Positions 1-11,325 are shown, counted from the first letter of the stretch. The stretch is 24,000 nucleotides of DNA from Erysipelotrichaceae bacterium (GCA_012513225.1 JAAZCQ010000037.1:190699-214698); one strand, 5' to 3'. Translations and numbers: made by a program. The notes: a model not told the origin generated them from the letters alone.

Positions 1-871
1 AACTGGTATAATTTTCTTACTACAAAAATATGCTAGCAATAGATTCTCATTTACAATGAACGCATTACATCCTATTGAAGAAAAACAACTTAAAGGCTTT
101 AAAAATATTATTGTACATGTGTTTTCTTATTTAGTAGTAGGTATAGCAATACTTCCTCAAGTATATGTAATTTATACATCATTTATTAATACAAAAGGAT
201 TATTATTTGTTGAGGGTTATTCTTTAAATAGCTATAAACAGGCATTTTCTAGAATGTCCAATACTATTGTAAATACATTTTTAATTCCAGGAGTTTCATT
301 AGTTATTATTGTCCTTGTAGCGGTATTAATTGCATATTTAGTTGTAAGAAGAAAAAATACACTAACAAATTCTGTGGATGTATTGTCAATGGTTCCATAT
401 ATTATCCCAGGATCTGTTATGGGTATTGCATTTAAGATTGCATTTAATTCAAATACAATTGCAATAGGAGGATTTGCTTTAATGGTAATCGCATTAGTGC
501 TTAGAAGAATTCCATATACCATTAGATCAAGTGTTGCAATTTTACAACAAATACCAATGTCAATTGAAGAAGCAAGTATTTCTTTAGGTGCATCAAAGAT
601 GAAAACCTTCTTTAAAGTAACAATGCCAATGATGGCAAGCGGTATTATATCTGGAGCTATATTAAGTTGGATTACATTAATTAGTGAATTATCTACAGCT
701 ATTATTTTATATACAGGTAAAACAAGAACTTTAACTGTCGCAATTTATACTGAGGTATTAAGAGGTAATTATGGTATTGCTGCTGCACTTAGTACAATTC
801 TTACAGTTATGACAGTAATATCATTACTTATATTTATGAAAGTCTCTAAAGGGGATGGTTTAAGTTTATAG
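1..871 (+). CDS. ABC transporter permease, C-terminal part (5' end lies outside the window)
   Basis: The frame of the listed ORF is open from nt 2 (TGIIFLLQKYASNRFSFT precedes the Met at 56 with no stop), so the gene enters from upstream. Multi-pass hydrophobic protein with a MalFG-type EAA loop (IEEASISLGASKMKTFFKVTMP). Resembles the second module of two-module FbpB/ThiP-like permeases. Confidence 0.8.
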   Translation, partial: TGIIFLLQKYASNRFSFTMNALHPIEEKQLKGFKNIIVHVFSYLVVGIAILPQVYVIYTSFINTKGLLFVEGYSLNSYKQAFSRMSNTIVNTFLIPGVSLVIIVLVAVLIAYLVVRRKNTLTNSVDVLSMVPYIIPGSVMGIAFKIAFNSNTIAIGGFALMVIALVLRRIPYTIRSSVAILQQIPMSIEEASISLGASKMKTFFKVTMPMMASGIISGAILSWITLISELSTAIILYTGKTRTLTVAIYTEVLRGNYGIAAALSTILTVMTVISLLIFMKVSKGDGLSL

Positions 872-896
872 AATTAACGATTTTAAACAATAATTA

Positions 897-926
897 AACA
901 ATGAAAAATTAATTCATTGTTTTTTT
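897..926 (+). terminator. rho-independent terminator after the ABC permease
   Basis: 9-bp perfect stem AACAATGAA (897-905) / TTCATTGTT (913-921), 7-nt loop, T-run 920-926. Confidence 0.6.
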
Positions 927-952
927 CTGTAAATATTATAAATTAAAGAATA

Positions 953-961
953 TGATATAAT
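953..961 (+). promoter_or_regulatory. extended -10 promoter element (TGATATAAT) for the RpiR-family gene
   Basis: TGnTATAAT match at 953-961, about 18-24 nt upstream of the candidate starts at 979 and 985. No convincing -35. Confidence 0.4.
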
Positions 962-978
962 TAATCTTGTTAGAATAG

Positions 979-1794
979 GTGTTTATGCATAACTTTTTAA
1001 GAATTTTGCAAAATATCATAAATAATTCAATTGAAGGTAAAGATTATGACATTAATACAATTATTGCACGCTTTTTACTTGCAAATATTAATCCACCACT
1101 TTTTGACTTAGATATTGAGACTTTAGCATTTGAATGCTTTACTTCTACTTCAACAGTTTCTCGTTTTTGTCGTCGTTATGGGTTTTCTTCATTTTCTGAA
1201 ATGAAGAAAGCTTATCTTGATATTTATAATATTGGCCAAGAACTTTTTTTGGATAATGAGAGTAATCTTGTATTTGATTCAAAGAATGACAAGCAAACAT
1301 TGAATAATTATATTGATCTTATTAACGATGCCTTACTTGATTTTGGTGACCAAGTAAATTTTGAAATAATTGAAGATTTATGTCGTGATATTCATGATTT
1401 TGATGAAGTAATAATTTATGGTATTATGCTACCAGGTGCATTTATTCATCATTTTCAATATATGTTATTAAGTATTGGTAAAAAAGTTTTGTTTTATCCT
1501 ACAAATAATTTGCAGTATGAAAGTATAACCTATGTGAGTGAGGAGTCATTGATTATTGTTGTTTCTACAGATGGGAATCTTATTCTTAAGCATGATAAAT
1601 TGATTAGAAAGATTCATAATTTAAAAGCTAAAAAGATATTGATTACACAAAATACTACACTAAAACGATCAACATCATTTAATCAAGTAATTCAACTTGG
1701 AAATTATAAACATCCTAAGGTTGGTCGTTATAAACTTCAGCTATTCTTTGAAGTATTAGTAAATAAATATTATCAACTTTATGTACAAGATTAA
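979..1794 (+). CDS. RpiR/MurR-family transcriptional regulator (N-terminal HTH + C-terminal SIS domain)
   Basis: HTH_6-type segment LAFECFTSTSTVSRFCRRYGFSSFSEMKKAY, followed by a ~150-aa region of SIS-like length and pattern (VIIYGIMLPG...IIVVSTDGN). GTG at 979 lies inside an AGGTG, so ATG at 985 is an alternative start. Confidence 0.8.
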   Translation: MFMHNFLRILQNIINNSIEGKDYDINTIIARFLLANINPPLFDLDIETLAFECFTSTSTVSRFCRRYGFSSFSEMKKAYLDIYNIGQELFLDNESNLVFDSKNDKQTLNNYIDLINDALLDFGDQVNFEIIEDLCRDIHDFDEVIIYGIMLPGAFIHHFQYMLLSIGKKVLFYPTNNLQYESITYVSEESLIIVVSTDGNLILKHDKLIRKIHNLKAKKILITQNTTLKRSTSFNQVIQLGNYKHPKVGRYKLQLFFEVLVNKYYQLYVQD

Positions 1795-1828
1795 GTATTT
1801 TCAAAAAATGAAAATACTTTTATTTTTT
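1794..1828 (+). terminator. rho-independent terminator after the RpiR-family gene
   Basis: 10-bp perfect stem AGTATTTTCA (1794-1803) / TGAAAATACT (1809-1818), 5-nt loop, then TTTATTTTTT. Confidence 0.65.
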
Positions 1829-1871
1829 GAATTTCTTTACATTTATAGGTAAATAAAAGTATATTTTCTGA

Positions 1872-1880
1872 TGATATAAT
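1872..1880 (+). promoter_or_regulatory. extended -10 promoter element (TGATATAAT) for the EIIC/6-P-beta-glucosidase operon
   Basis: TGnTATAAT at 1872-1880, 27 nt upstream of the ATG at 1908. AAGGAG SD lies in between. Confidence 0.45.
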
Positions 1881-1907
1881 TTCACCTATAAAAGGAGTGA
1901 AATTTAT

Positions 1908-4633
<2,726 letters not shown>

Positions 4634-4638
4634 AATTT

Positions 4639-4666
4639 AAACCACGTTGTAATAGACGTGGTTTTT
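4639..4666 (+). terminator. rho-independent terminator after the 6-P-beta-glucosidase gene
   Basis: 8-bp stem AAACCACG (4639-4646) / CGTGGTTT (4657-4664) with 4 GC pairs, 10-nt loop, T-run to 4666. Confidence 0.7.
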
Positions 4667-4787
4667 AATTTAAATATTAAAGTAACTAGATATTTTATAT
4701 TTTCATATATAATTGTTGTATTTCATTTTTTACATTAAAGACAACTGCATGGTGGATAGAAAAAGACTCAAAATTATTTACTCTCCA

Positions 4788-4796
4788 TGATATAAT
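4788..4796 (+). promoter_or_regulatory. extended -10 promoter element (TGATATAAT) for the HAD/YhcH pair
   Basis: TGnTATAAT at 4788-4796, 23 nt upstream of the ATG at 4820. SD GGAGGG at 4808-4813. Confidence 0.45.
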
Positions 4797-4819
4797 ACAA
4801 ACTATACGGAGGGCATAAA

Positions 4820-5482
4820 ATGATTAAAGCAATACTTTTTGATTACGATGGTACATTATCTAACAGAATAGAGTCAGGATATAAAAAATATCAAGCAGAC
4901 TGTAGAGAAATATTTCCAGATTTAGATCCAAATGGTATTGAACTAGAAGCAATAATACAAAGATGTATGACATGGGATGAATATGGAACTATTAATAAAA
5001 GACATGTTTATACACAATTAAAGGAAGCATATAATTTAGACATTGACGTTGAAAAATGGGTAGAAAACTGGTATAACACTTTTCATTTATATCAAGTACT
5101 TCAAAGAGATTGTAAAGAAATACTAAAAAAATTATCTCAACATTATAAATTGGGCTGTGTTACTAATGGCAATTCATACACACAACATATAAAGCTTGAT
5201 TATACAAATTTAAAAGAATGTTTTGATGTAGTATTTGTATCTGGAGATTATGGGATACATAAACCAGATAAAAAATTATTTTTGATGGCTGCAGATGAAT
5301 TAGGCATAAAACCAGAAGAAATTGCATTTGTAGGTGATACATTTGCGACTGATATATTAGGAGCTCATCGTGCTGGTATGCATCCTATTTGGTTTTTTAA
5401 TGATCCTTTAAGATACAGTGATACACAAGTTACAAGAATTTATTCATTTTATGAATTATTAGAAACATTTGGTATTGAATAA
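4820..5482 (+). CDS. HAD-superfamily hydrolase/phosphatase (subfamily IA-like)
   Basis: Motif I DxDxT (FDYDGTL, aa 7-13). C-terminal GDTFATDILGA motif IV. 220 aa. Confidence 0.8.
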   Translation: MIKAILFDYDGTLSNRIESGYKKYQADCREIFPDLDPNGIELEAIIQRCMTWDEYGTINKRHVYTQLKEAYNLDIDVEKWVENWYNTFHLYQVLQRDCKEILKKLSQHYKLGCVTNGNSYTQHIKLDYTNLKECFDVVFVSGDYGIHKPDKKLFLMAADELGIKPEEIAFVGDTFATDILGAHRAGMHPIWFFNDPLRYSDTQVTRIYSFYELLETFGIE

Positions 5483-5925
5483 TGATTTTTGATAATGGGG
5501 AGAATATTGATCGATATTTTGGTATCAATAAGAATATTGATGAGAGTTTAAATTTTATAAAGTCTCATAGATTTGATAATAATTTAAAAGATGGTAAATA
5601 TATAATTATTGAAAATGAAGTATTTGTGAGTGTAATGAGTGTTAATACAAAAGAAAAAGAATCAGGAAAACCTGAAGTTCATTTTAAATATATGGATATA
5701 CAATATGTTATTAATGGTGAAGAGAAGTGTTACATAGGAAAAACAAATAAAAATATAACTTCAAATGATCAAGATATAGATTTTATAGATACTGATATTA
5801 ATTGTGAAATATTAGTTAAGCCTGATGAGTTTTATATGGTTTATCCATATGAACCACATCTTCCAACTTGTAATATTGAATATAATAAACCAATAAGAAA
5901 AATGGTTGTAAAAGTAAAAATTTAA
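5482..5925 (+). CDS. YhcH/YjgK/YiaL (EbgC-like, DUF386) family protein
   Basis: 147 aa. The segments HFKYMDIQYVINGEE and YPYEPHLP resemble the conserved core of the YhcH family. Start overlaps the HAD stop (TAATG at 5480-5484), implying translational coupling. Confidence 0.6.
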   Translation: MIFDNGENIDRYFGINKNIDESLNFIKSHRFDNNLKDGKYIIIENEVFVSVMSVNTKEKESGKPEVHFKYMDIQYVINGEEKCYIGKTNKNITSNDQDIDFIDTDINCEILVKPDEFYMVYPYEPHLPTCNIEYNKPIRKMVVKVKI

Positions 5926-5940
5926 TATGAAATATAAATT

Positions 5941-6009
5941 AATGACTTGATATACACTCTAAATCCGACAATGGATAATGAATGGGCAAATCAAGGCATT
6001 AGTTTTTTT
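5941..6009. terminator. possible long-loop terminator between convergent genes
   Basis: Arms AATGACTTGAT (5941-5951) and ATCAAGGCATT (5990-6000) pair at 10 of 11 positions, followed by T7 (6003-6009). The 38-nt loop makes this weak. Confidence 0.25.
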
Positions 6010-6010
6010 A

Positions 6011-6682
6011 TTATTTTAGAAATTTATCTTCAATAAAGCTAATTATATTATTAATTGCAATAGGTCCAGCAATATTATCATCTAATATTCTATGTTGACC
6101 TCTACTTATTGTGATTAGAGCTTTTGAATCAATAGGGATTTTTTTAATATTTTTATTGCTTGATGATAAAGGAATCACATTATCATCTTCACAGTGAATA
6201 ATTAAGGTTGGTATTTTAATATCGTTTATTGAATTTTTACAATTATAAACTAATTCAATAAAGGTATTTGTAAAATTAGTTGGGATTTGAGATTTAACTT
6301 CATTTTTTGCAAAAGGGTTTGGGATATGATCTATAAGCGTTGTTAAGTTAAGATACTCAAATGCAGGTGCTAAAAGAATTAACTTTTTTACTCGATATTC
6401 ATTTGCAAGATAACTTGCAATGACACCACCCATAGAAAAACCAACTAAAATTACATCATTTTCAAAGGATGCTTGTGTTATTAAAAGTCTTGCTTTAGCT
6501 ACCCAAGATGTCCAATCAGTATCATTTTCATCTTCTAAGTTATAAAGTCTTATAGTTTTGAATTGATATCCTTTTTCTTCTAAAGCAATTTTTAAGTTAT
6601 AAAATTCTTGTTCTTGTCTTAATCCAAACCCATGTATTGCAACTATAGTAGGTTTCTTTACTTTCTTTTTAAAAAATATCAT
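6011..6682 (-). CDS. alpha/beta-fold hydrolase (esterase/lipase-like)
   Basis: Nucleophile elbow GFSMGG, HGFG oxyanion-type motif near the N-terminus, and candidate acid/His residues (CEDDNVIP, GQHRIL). Start placed at the ATG at 6682 (GGTGA 4 nt upstream). The listed ORF extends to 6718 with an implausible MIIFCYNFIGDK leader. Confidence 0.75.
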   Translation of the reverse strand: MIFFKKKVKKPTIVAIHGFGLRQEQEFYNLKIALEEKGYQFKTIRLYNLEDENDTDWTSWVAKARLLITQASFENDVILVGFSMGGVIASYLANEYRVKKLILLAPAFEYLNLTTLIDHIPNPFAKNEVKSQIPTNFTNTFIELVYNCKNSINDIKIPTLIIHCEDDNVIPLSSSNKNIKKIPIDSKALITISRGQHRILDDNIAGPIAINNIISFIEDKFLK

Positions 6683-6955
6683 TTTATCACCAATAAAATT
6701 ATAACAAAATATAATCAATATTTACATTTTAATTTATTTAAGGTTATTCTTTATATAATATTTTGTAAATAAGTATATATTTAATTTTTGACAAAGGAAT
6801 ATCTCTGATTTATATTTAGTATAGTTCCTTATTGTATTAATAACACAATAATAATTTAATTTTATTTTTAGAATTTATATATACTTTCATTTTTTAATCA
6901 TGTATATTTAATATTTTAATTTTGAAATATTAAAAGGGGAAAGGAGCATAAAAAT

Positions 6956-8914
6956 ATGATTGAACCAATTATAGAGCAAATAATAAATCTTTTACTTAAA
7001 AAAGAAAATCCTGTATCATCTAAGCAAATTGCTTCAGATTTAAATGTATCAAAAAGTACTATAAAGAATAATATGAGTAATGTTAAAGAAGTTGTTAACT
7101 CTGCAAAAATTGAACTTAAAGCTTTACAAGGAACTGGATATTGGCTAGAAGGTACTGAATTACAAAAAAAATTTTTAAAAAAAATAATTCTAAATAATGA
7201 AGATAAGTCTTATTCATATAATTATAGAAGACATTATATTTTAAGTGTTTTAACAGAACCAAAATCAAACTATACAATCCAATTGTTTGCTGATGACTTA
7301 CTAGTAAGTAGGAATATTATAAGTACAGATTTAGTGAGTATTGAAGATTGGCTTAACAATTTTGATATAAAATTAATTAAAACTCCAAATATAGGTGTTA
7401 AGATTGAAGGAAATGAATTTAATATTCGTCAAGCACTTATTTATAGTAATACTGCATTAATGGAGAAAATGGTTATTGATATGGAGTTACCATCTAACTT
7501 AGATATTAGAATATCCAATACATTTTATAATTATTATTCTAAGGTATTTCCAGAAAGTGACATTTATTATTTTCAAAATATTTTACTTGAAGCAGAAAAA
7601 ATAATGGATTATAGATACGAAGATATTTCTTTTATTCAATTATTAGAATATATTACATTAACTTTTCAAAGAGTAAAAAAACATTGTATTATTCAAGGTG
7701 AAAATATTTTAAGTAAATGTAGATTTTTAAATTTCCATCTAGAAGCAGCAAGTAAGTTGTTGAATTATATTATAGATTATTCAGATACTTATGAAACAGA
7801 AGTTAAATCATTGGCTTCTCAATTTTCTTTATATGGAGCCTACGAAGATGCCTCCTATTCATTAATTAAAGATGAATATTATTCATATTTAGCTAGACAG
7901 TTTGTTGATAATCTTCAAGAAATAATAGTGAATAAAAAAATACTTATAAATGAAAACCTTATTGAAGATATAAGTACTTTATTCATTAAAAAAAAGATGC
8001 AAAAAAATTTTCAAGTTATTAATAGTAATTTTTTAAAGTTAGATGTTAAAGAACAGCTTCCAAGTTTATATGGAATTGTACTTGCAAATATATATCCTTT
8101 CGAAAAAATTTTAGGAGTGAAATTTACAGATAATGATATTGCTTATTTTGTTATACTTATAGATAATGCTTTTGATGATACAAGCGATATACTGCAGGTA
8201 TTATTGATTACCACATATGATTATAATACTGCTAAATACCTACAAAATAAAATTAAAAAAAGCATAAGTAATATACAAATATGCGAAGTGATACATCCAG
8301 AAGAATTAGATAAAGTAGATACCTCTAAATATGATGTTGTATTAACAACAGCAATAATAGATGATTTATCTGCTTTAAAAATATCTCGAAGAGTTGATAA
8401 TTATGACTTAGAATTAATATATAGGCTTTGTGAAACAAAAAGAAATAATAAGAAAAAAATTATAGTAAAAGGTGAAACATGGTTTAGCGAAAAATTAATA
8501 ATTAATGATTTATTAGTGAAGAAAAAGGAAGATGTTTTAAAAGAAGGGGTAAATATTCTTGTTAAAAATGGATATGTAACGGATAAGTTCTATGATGTAT
8601 TAGTTTCTCAAGACAGTAGTGTTAATACATCAATTGGTAATGGAGTTGCAATTCCTCATGGATATCTTACGGAAATTATTAAAAGTGGTGTAGCACTAAT
8701 TAAGTTAAAAAACCCTATAGAGTGGACAGAAACTGAAAAAGTGAATTTAATATTTATTATAGCAATTTCATCTAAAAATAAAGAAGAGATTCAAGCATTT
8801 TTTGCTAATCTTTATGAATTATTAAGTGATAAAAGAAATGTTGAAAGAATAAAAAATACAGATAATAAAAAAGAGATATTGACAATTATTCAAGAAAAGA
8901 ATAATATTAGTTGA
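6956..8914 (+). CDS. PRD-domain transcriptional regulator of the MtlR/LicR/ManR type (HTH - PRD region - EIIB-like - EIIA(Fru/Mtl)-like)
   Basis: 652 aa. N-terminal winged-HTH-like segment (VSSKQIASDLNVSKSTIKNNM). The C-terminal ~145 aa carry the PTS EIIA type-2 active-site motif GNGVAIPHGY (His568, codon 8657-8659). Length and domain order match BglG-family activators that sit beside PTS operons. Confidence 0.75.
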   Translation: MIEPIIEQIINLLLKKENPVSSKQIASDLNVSKSTIKNNMSNVKEVVNSAKIELKALQGTGYWLEGTELQKKFLKKIILNNEDKSYSYNYRRHYILSVLTEPKSNYTIQLFADDLLVSRNIISTDLVSIEDWLNNFDIKLIKTPNIGVKIEGNEFNIRQALIYSNTALMEKMVIDMELPSNLDIRISNTFYNYYSKVFPESDIYYFQNILLEAEKIMDYRYEDISFIQLLEYITLTFQRVKKHCIIQGENILSKCRFLNFHLEAASKLLNYIIDYSDTYETEVKSLASQFSLYGAYEDASYSLIKDEYYSYLARQFVDNLQEIIVNKKILINENLIEDISTLFIKKKMQKNFQVINSNFLKLDVKEQLPSLYGIVLANIYPFEKILGVKFTDNDIAYFVILIDNAFDDTSDILQVLLITTYDYNTAKYLQNKIKKSISNIQICEVIHPEELDKVDTSKYDVVLTTAIIDDLSALKISRRVDNYDLELIYRLCETKRNNKKKIIVKGETWFSEKLIINDLLVKKKEDVLKEGVNILVKNGYVTDKFYDVLVSQDSSVNTSIGNGVAIPHGYLTEIIKSGVALIKLKNPIEWTETEKVNLIFIIAISSKNKEEIQAFFANLYELLSDKRNVERIKNTDNKKEILTIIQEKNNIS

Positions 8915-8931
8915 CAAGGAAAGAAAAATTG

Positions 8932-8959
8932 AGAGCAATTATTGATTGCTCTTTTTTTT
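8932..8959 (+). terminator. rho-independent terminator after the regulator gene
   Basis: 8-bp stem AGAGCAAT (8932-8939) / ATTGCTCT (8945-8952), 5-nt loop, T-run 8952-8959. Confidence 0.65.
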
Positions 8960-8986
8960 GACCTATTAATAGTATAAAAATAAAAT
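8958..8986 (+). promoter_or_regulatory. sigma-A-type promoter of the PTS/ketose operon
   Basis: TTGACC (8958-8963), 17-nt spacer, TAAAAT (8981-8986). About 97 nt upstream of the first ATG (9084). Confidence 0.45.
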
Positions 8987-9083
8987 TAATGAAATTTGCA
9001 ATCAACTTCTTTAATAAAATAAACTAAGTATATAGACGTGATGTTGTGCACACATTCAGACTATAAATTGAAAGGAGTTTTAA

Positions 9084-9944
9084 ATGAAAATTAAATTTGG
9101 AGTTGATTCTTTTATTTGGACTGAAGTTTTTTCTGAGAAAGATCTCTGGATAATTAAAAAAGCGGAAGAATTAGGATTTGAAACTATTGATTTAGCTATT
9201 GCTCATCCAGAAAATTTCCCTTTAGAAAAAGTAAAGAATGAGTTAGCAAAAACAAATTTAGAAGTTGTTACGACAACGACATTAAATTCTGAGACAAATC
9301 TAATATCAGTGGATGAAAATATCAGAAAAAATGGAATTAAGACTTTAAAGAATTTAGTAGATATTAATAAAGCATTAAACTCTAAAATTTTAGGTGGAGT
9401 AAATTATGCTGGGTGGGGATGTTTGACGGGAAAGCCAAGAACTGAAGAAGAATGGAAGAACTCAGTTGAATCAATGAGAGAGGTAGCAGAGTACGCTCTT
9501 AAAGTACATCCTGAATTAAATATTTGTGTAGAACCTGTTAATAGATTTGAGACACATTTTATAAATACAGCAGAAGATGGTGTAAAATACTGCAAAGATA
9601 TTGGTACTGGAAATATGAAGGTGCATTTAGATAGCTTCCATATGATACGGGAAGAAACTAGCTTTACAAATGCAGTAAAAACTTGTGGAAAGAATTATTT
9701 GGGATATGTTCATGTTTGTGAAAATAATCGTGGAATCCCAGGAACAGGGTTAGTTCCGTTTAAAGAATTTTTTACAGCACTTGGTTCAATTGGTTATAGT
9801 GGACCTTGCGTTATAGAATCTTTTGATCCTAGTTTTGAAGAATTAAATTCAAATTGCGCAATTTGGAGAAAATTCGCTGATACTGGAGAAGAATTAGCAG
9901 TTAAGGGGCTTGAAAATTTAAAAAAGATAGCAGAAGAAATATAA
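9084..9944 (+). CDS. ketose 3-epimerase-like enzyme (xylose-isomerase-like TIM barrel; D-tagatose/D-psicose 3-epimerase family)
   Basis: Aligns by eye to A. tumefaciens and C. cellulolyticum D-psicose 3-epimerases: ICVEPVNRFE (E150, E156), HLDSFH (D183, H186), YVHVCENNRGIPG (H210, R216), VIESF (E245). These are the same residues at nearly the same numbering as the Mn ligands and catalytic Glu pair of that family. SD AAAGGAG is 7 nt upstream. Confidence 0.75.
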   Translation: MKIKFGVDSFIWTEVFSEKDLWIIKKAEELGFETIDLAIAHPENFPLEKVKNELAKTNLEVVTTTTLNSETNLISVDENIRKNGIKTLKNLVDINKALNSKILGGVNYAGWGCLTGKPRTEEEWKNSVESMREVAEYALKVHPELNICVEPVNRFETHFINTAEDGVKYCKDIGTGNMKVHLDSFHMIREETSFTNAVKTCGKNYLGYVHVCENNRGIPGTGLVPFKEFFTALGSIGYSGPCVIESFDPSFEELNSNCAIWRKFADTGEELAVKGLENLKKIAEEI

Positions 9945-9957
9945 TTGGAGGTTATTT

Positions 9958-10830
9958 ATGCTTGTAAATATGAAAGAAATTTTAGAAAATGCTGAAAAAG
10001 AAGGATATGGAATTGGGTGCATAAATACGCCTAATGTTGAAACATTACGTGCAGTAATAGGTGCTGCTGAAGAACTAAATGTTCCTGTTATAATTGACCA
10101 TGCACAAGTACATGATTCTTTGATACCTATTGAAGAAATTGGGCCTAAAATGGTTGAATATGCAAAAAAATCAACTGTTCCTGTATGTGTCCATTTAGAT
10201 CATGGGTCTGACTATAATTTTGTTATGAGAGCAATTAGATGTGGTTTCACATCAATTATGTATGATTTAAGTGAGTCACCATTTGAAGAAAACATGGAAA
10301 AACTAAAAGAGTTTACTAAAATTGCGCATGATCTAGATATTACTGTTGAGGCAGAATTAGGAATAATGACTTCTACAGAGGATGATACTCACGGAGGAGA
10401 AGTTGGATGGACTCATGAATCTATAAAAAAGACATTCACGGATCCAGAGCAAGCTGCAACTTTTGCTAGAGAAACAGGAGTTGATGCTTTAGCGGTTTGT
10501 TTCGGAACAGCACATGGGATTTATGCAGAACCTCCTTTATTAGATATCGATAGAGTTAAAGCAATTAGGAAAGCTATGCCTGAGTCAACTAGGGTTGTAA
10601 TGCATGGTGGTAGTGGTGTAGATGAAGATCAAATCCAAGCAGCAATCTCTGCAGGATGTTCAAAAATAAATTATTATTCATATATGGCAAAGGCATGTAG
10701 TAAGCATATTAATAATTATTTGGCTGAAAGAGAAGGAAATGCTTATTGGCATGAGGTTCAAGAAGAAGCATATACCTTTATGAAAGAATATATTAAAGGT
10801 GTATTAAATACATTTAAGAATGGAAAATAA
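9958..10830 (+). CDS. class II (Zn-dependent) ketose-bisphosphate aldolase, FbaA/GatY/KbaY family
   Basis: VHLDHG (aa 78-83), GTAHG and MHGGSG motifs correspond to the three Zn-ligand His and the catalytic Asp of class II aldolases. 290 aa. SD GGAGG upstream. Confidence 0.88.
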   Translation: MLVNMKEILENAEKEGYGIGCINTPNVETLRAVIGAAEELNVPVIIDHAQVHDSLIPIEEIGPKMVEYAKKSTVPVCVHLDHGSDYNFVMRAIRCGFTSIMYDLSESPFEENMEKLKEFTKIAHDLDITVEAELGIMTSTEDDTHGGEVGWTHESIKKTFTDPEQAATFARETGVDALAVCFGTAHGIYAEPPLLDIDRVKAIRKAMPESTRVVMHGGSGVDEDQIQAAISAGCSKINYYSYMAKACSKHINNYLAEREGNAYWHEVQEEAYTFMKEYIKGVLNTFKNGK

Positions 10831-11311
10831 CATTTTGGAAAAAGTAAATTTAGCAAACGTTCTTGTAAAAGAAGCCGTAATAATTGATTGTAATCCTTTT
10901 GAATCAAAAGATGAAATGTTTAAATTTATGGTAAGTAAATTTGAAGAAGCTAAAATTGTTTCAGATTCGAAGAGCTACTTAAAATCTTTATATGAAAGAG
11001 AAGAATTAGGCTCTACTTATATGGGCAATTATATTGGACTTCCTCACGGAAGAAGTGAAGGTGTCGTACGTCCAGGAATTGGCTTTTGTAAATGCAAAGT
11101 ACCATTTGAGTATGAATCATTTGGAGAAAAAGGAAAAGTAAAGTATGTATTTATGCTTGCAATTGCTTCTTATCAAAATAGTGAAGAATATATGAGGGTG
11201 CTAGCCACTTTAGCAGGGTATTTAGTTCATGATGAATTCATTTCTGGTTTAGATAAATGTAGAAGCTATGAGGAATTAATAGAATTAATTAAAAATTTTG
11301 ATAATAAATAG
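10820..11311 (+). CDS. PTS EIIA component, fructose/mannitol type (EIIA-2)
   Basis: 163 aa with the active-site motif YIGLPHGRS. ATG overlaps the aldolase stop by 11 nt. Confidence 0.85.
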   Translation: MENNILEKVNLANVLVKEAVIIDCNPFESKDEMFKFMVSKFEEAKIVSDSKSYLKSLYEREELGSTYMGNYIGLPHGRSEGVVRPGIGFCKCKVPFEYESFGEKGKVKYVFMLAIASYQNSEEYMRVLATLAGYLVHDEFISGLDKCRSYEELIELIKNFDNK

Positions 11312-11325
11312 AAGAAGGAGAAAGT

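Noticed and set aside
232-522. 96-aa minus-strand ORF inside the ABC permease gene
   Set aside because: Fully nested antisense to a gene with clear family motifs. No SD. Hydrophobic mirror-frame artefact typical of AT-rich membrane genes.
6683-6718. 12-codon extension of the alpha/beta-hydrolase ORF
   Set aside because: The ATG at 6682 has a GGTGA SD and gives a typical short N-terminus before the HGFG motif. The extension has no SD.
6719-6955. 237-bp AT-rich divergent intergenic region searched for repeats, riboswitch-like structure or small genes
   Set aside because: I found only short AT palindromes (for example around ATTAAT). There is nothing beyond what is expected for a divergent promoter region.
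8990-9004. cre-like / -12-like sequence TGAAATTTGCAATCA upstream of the PTS operon
   Set aside because: Lacks the central CG of the cre consensus, and there is no GG -24 partner for a sigma-54 reading.
9045-9052. 8-bp palindrome TGTGCACA in the operon leader
   Set aside because: Any 8-bp palindrome is expected about once per 256 positions, so roughly 90 are expected in this window. It lies downstream of the promoter, where PRD-type activators are not expected to bind.
9404-9595. 63-aa antisense ORF inside the 3-epimerase gene
   Set aside because: Nested antisense to a gene with conserved catalytic motifs. No independent support.
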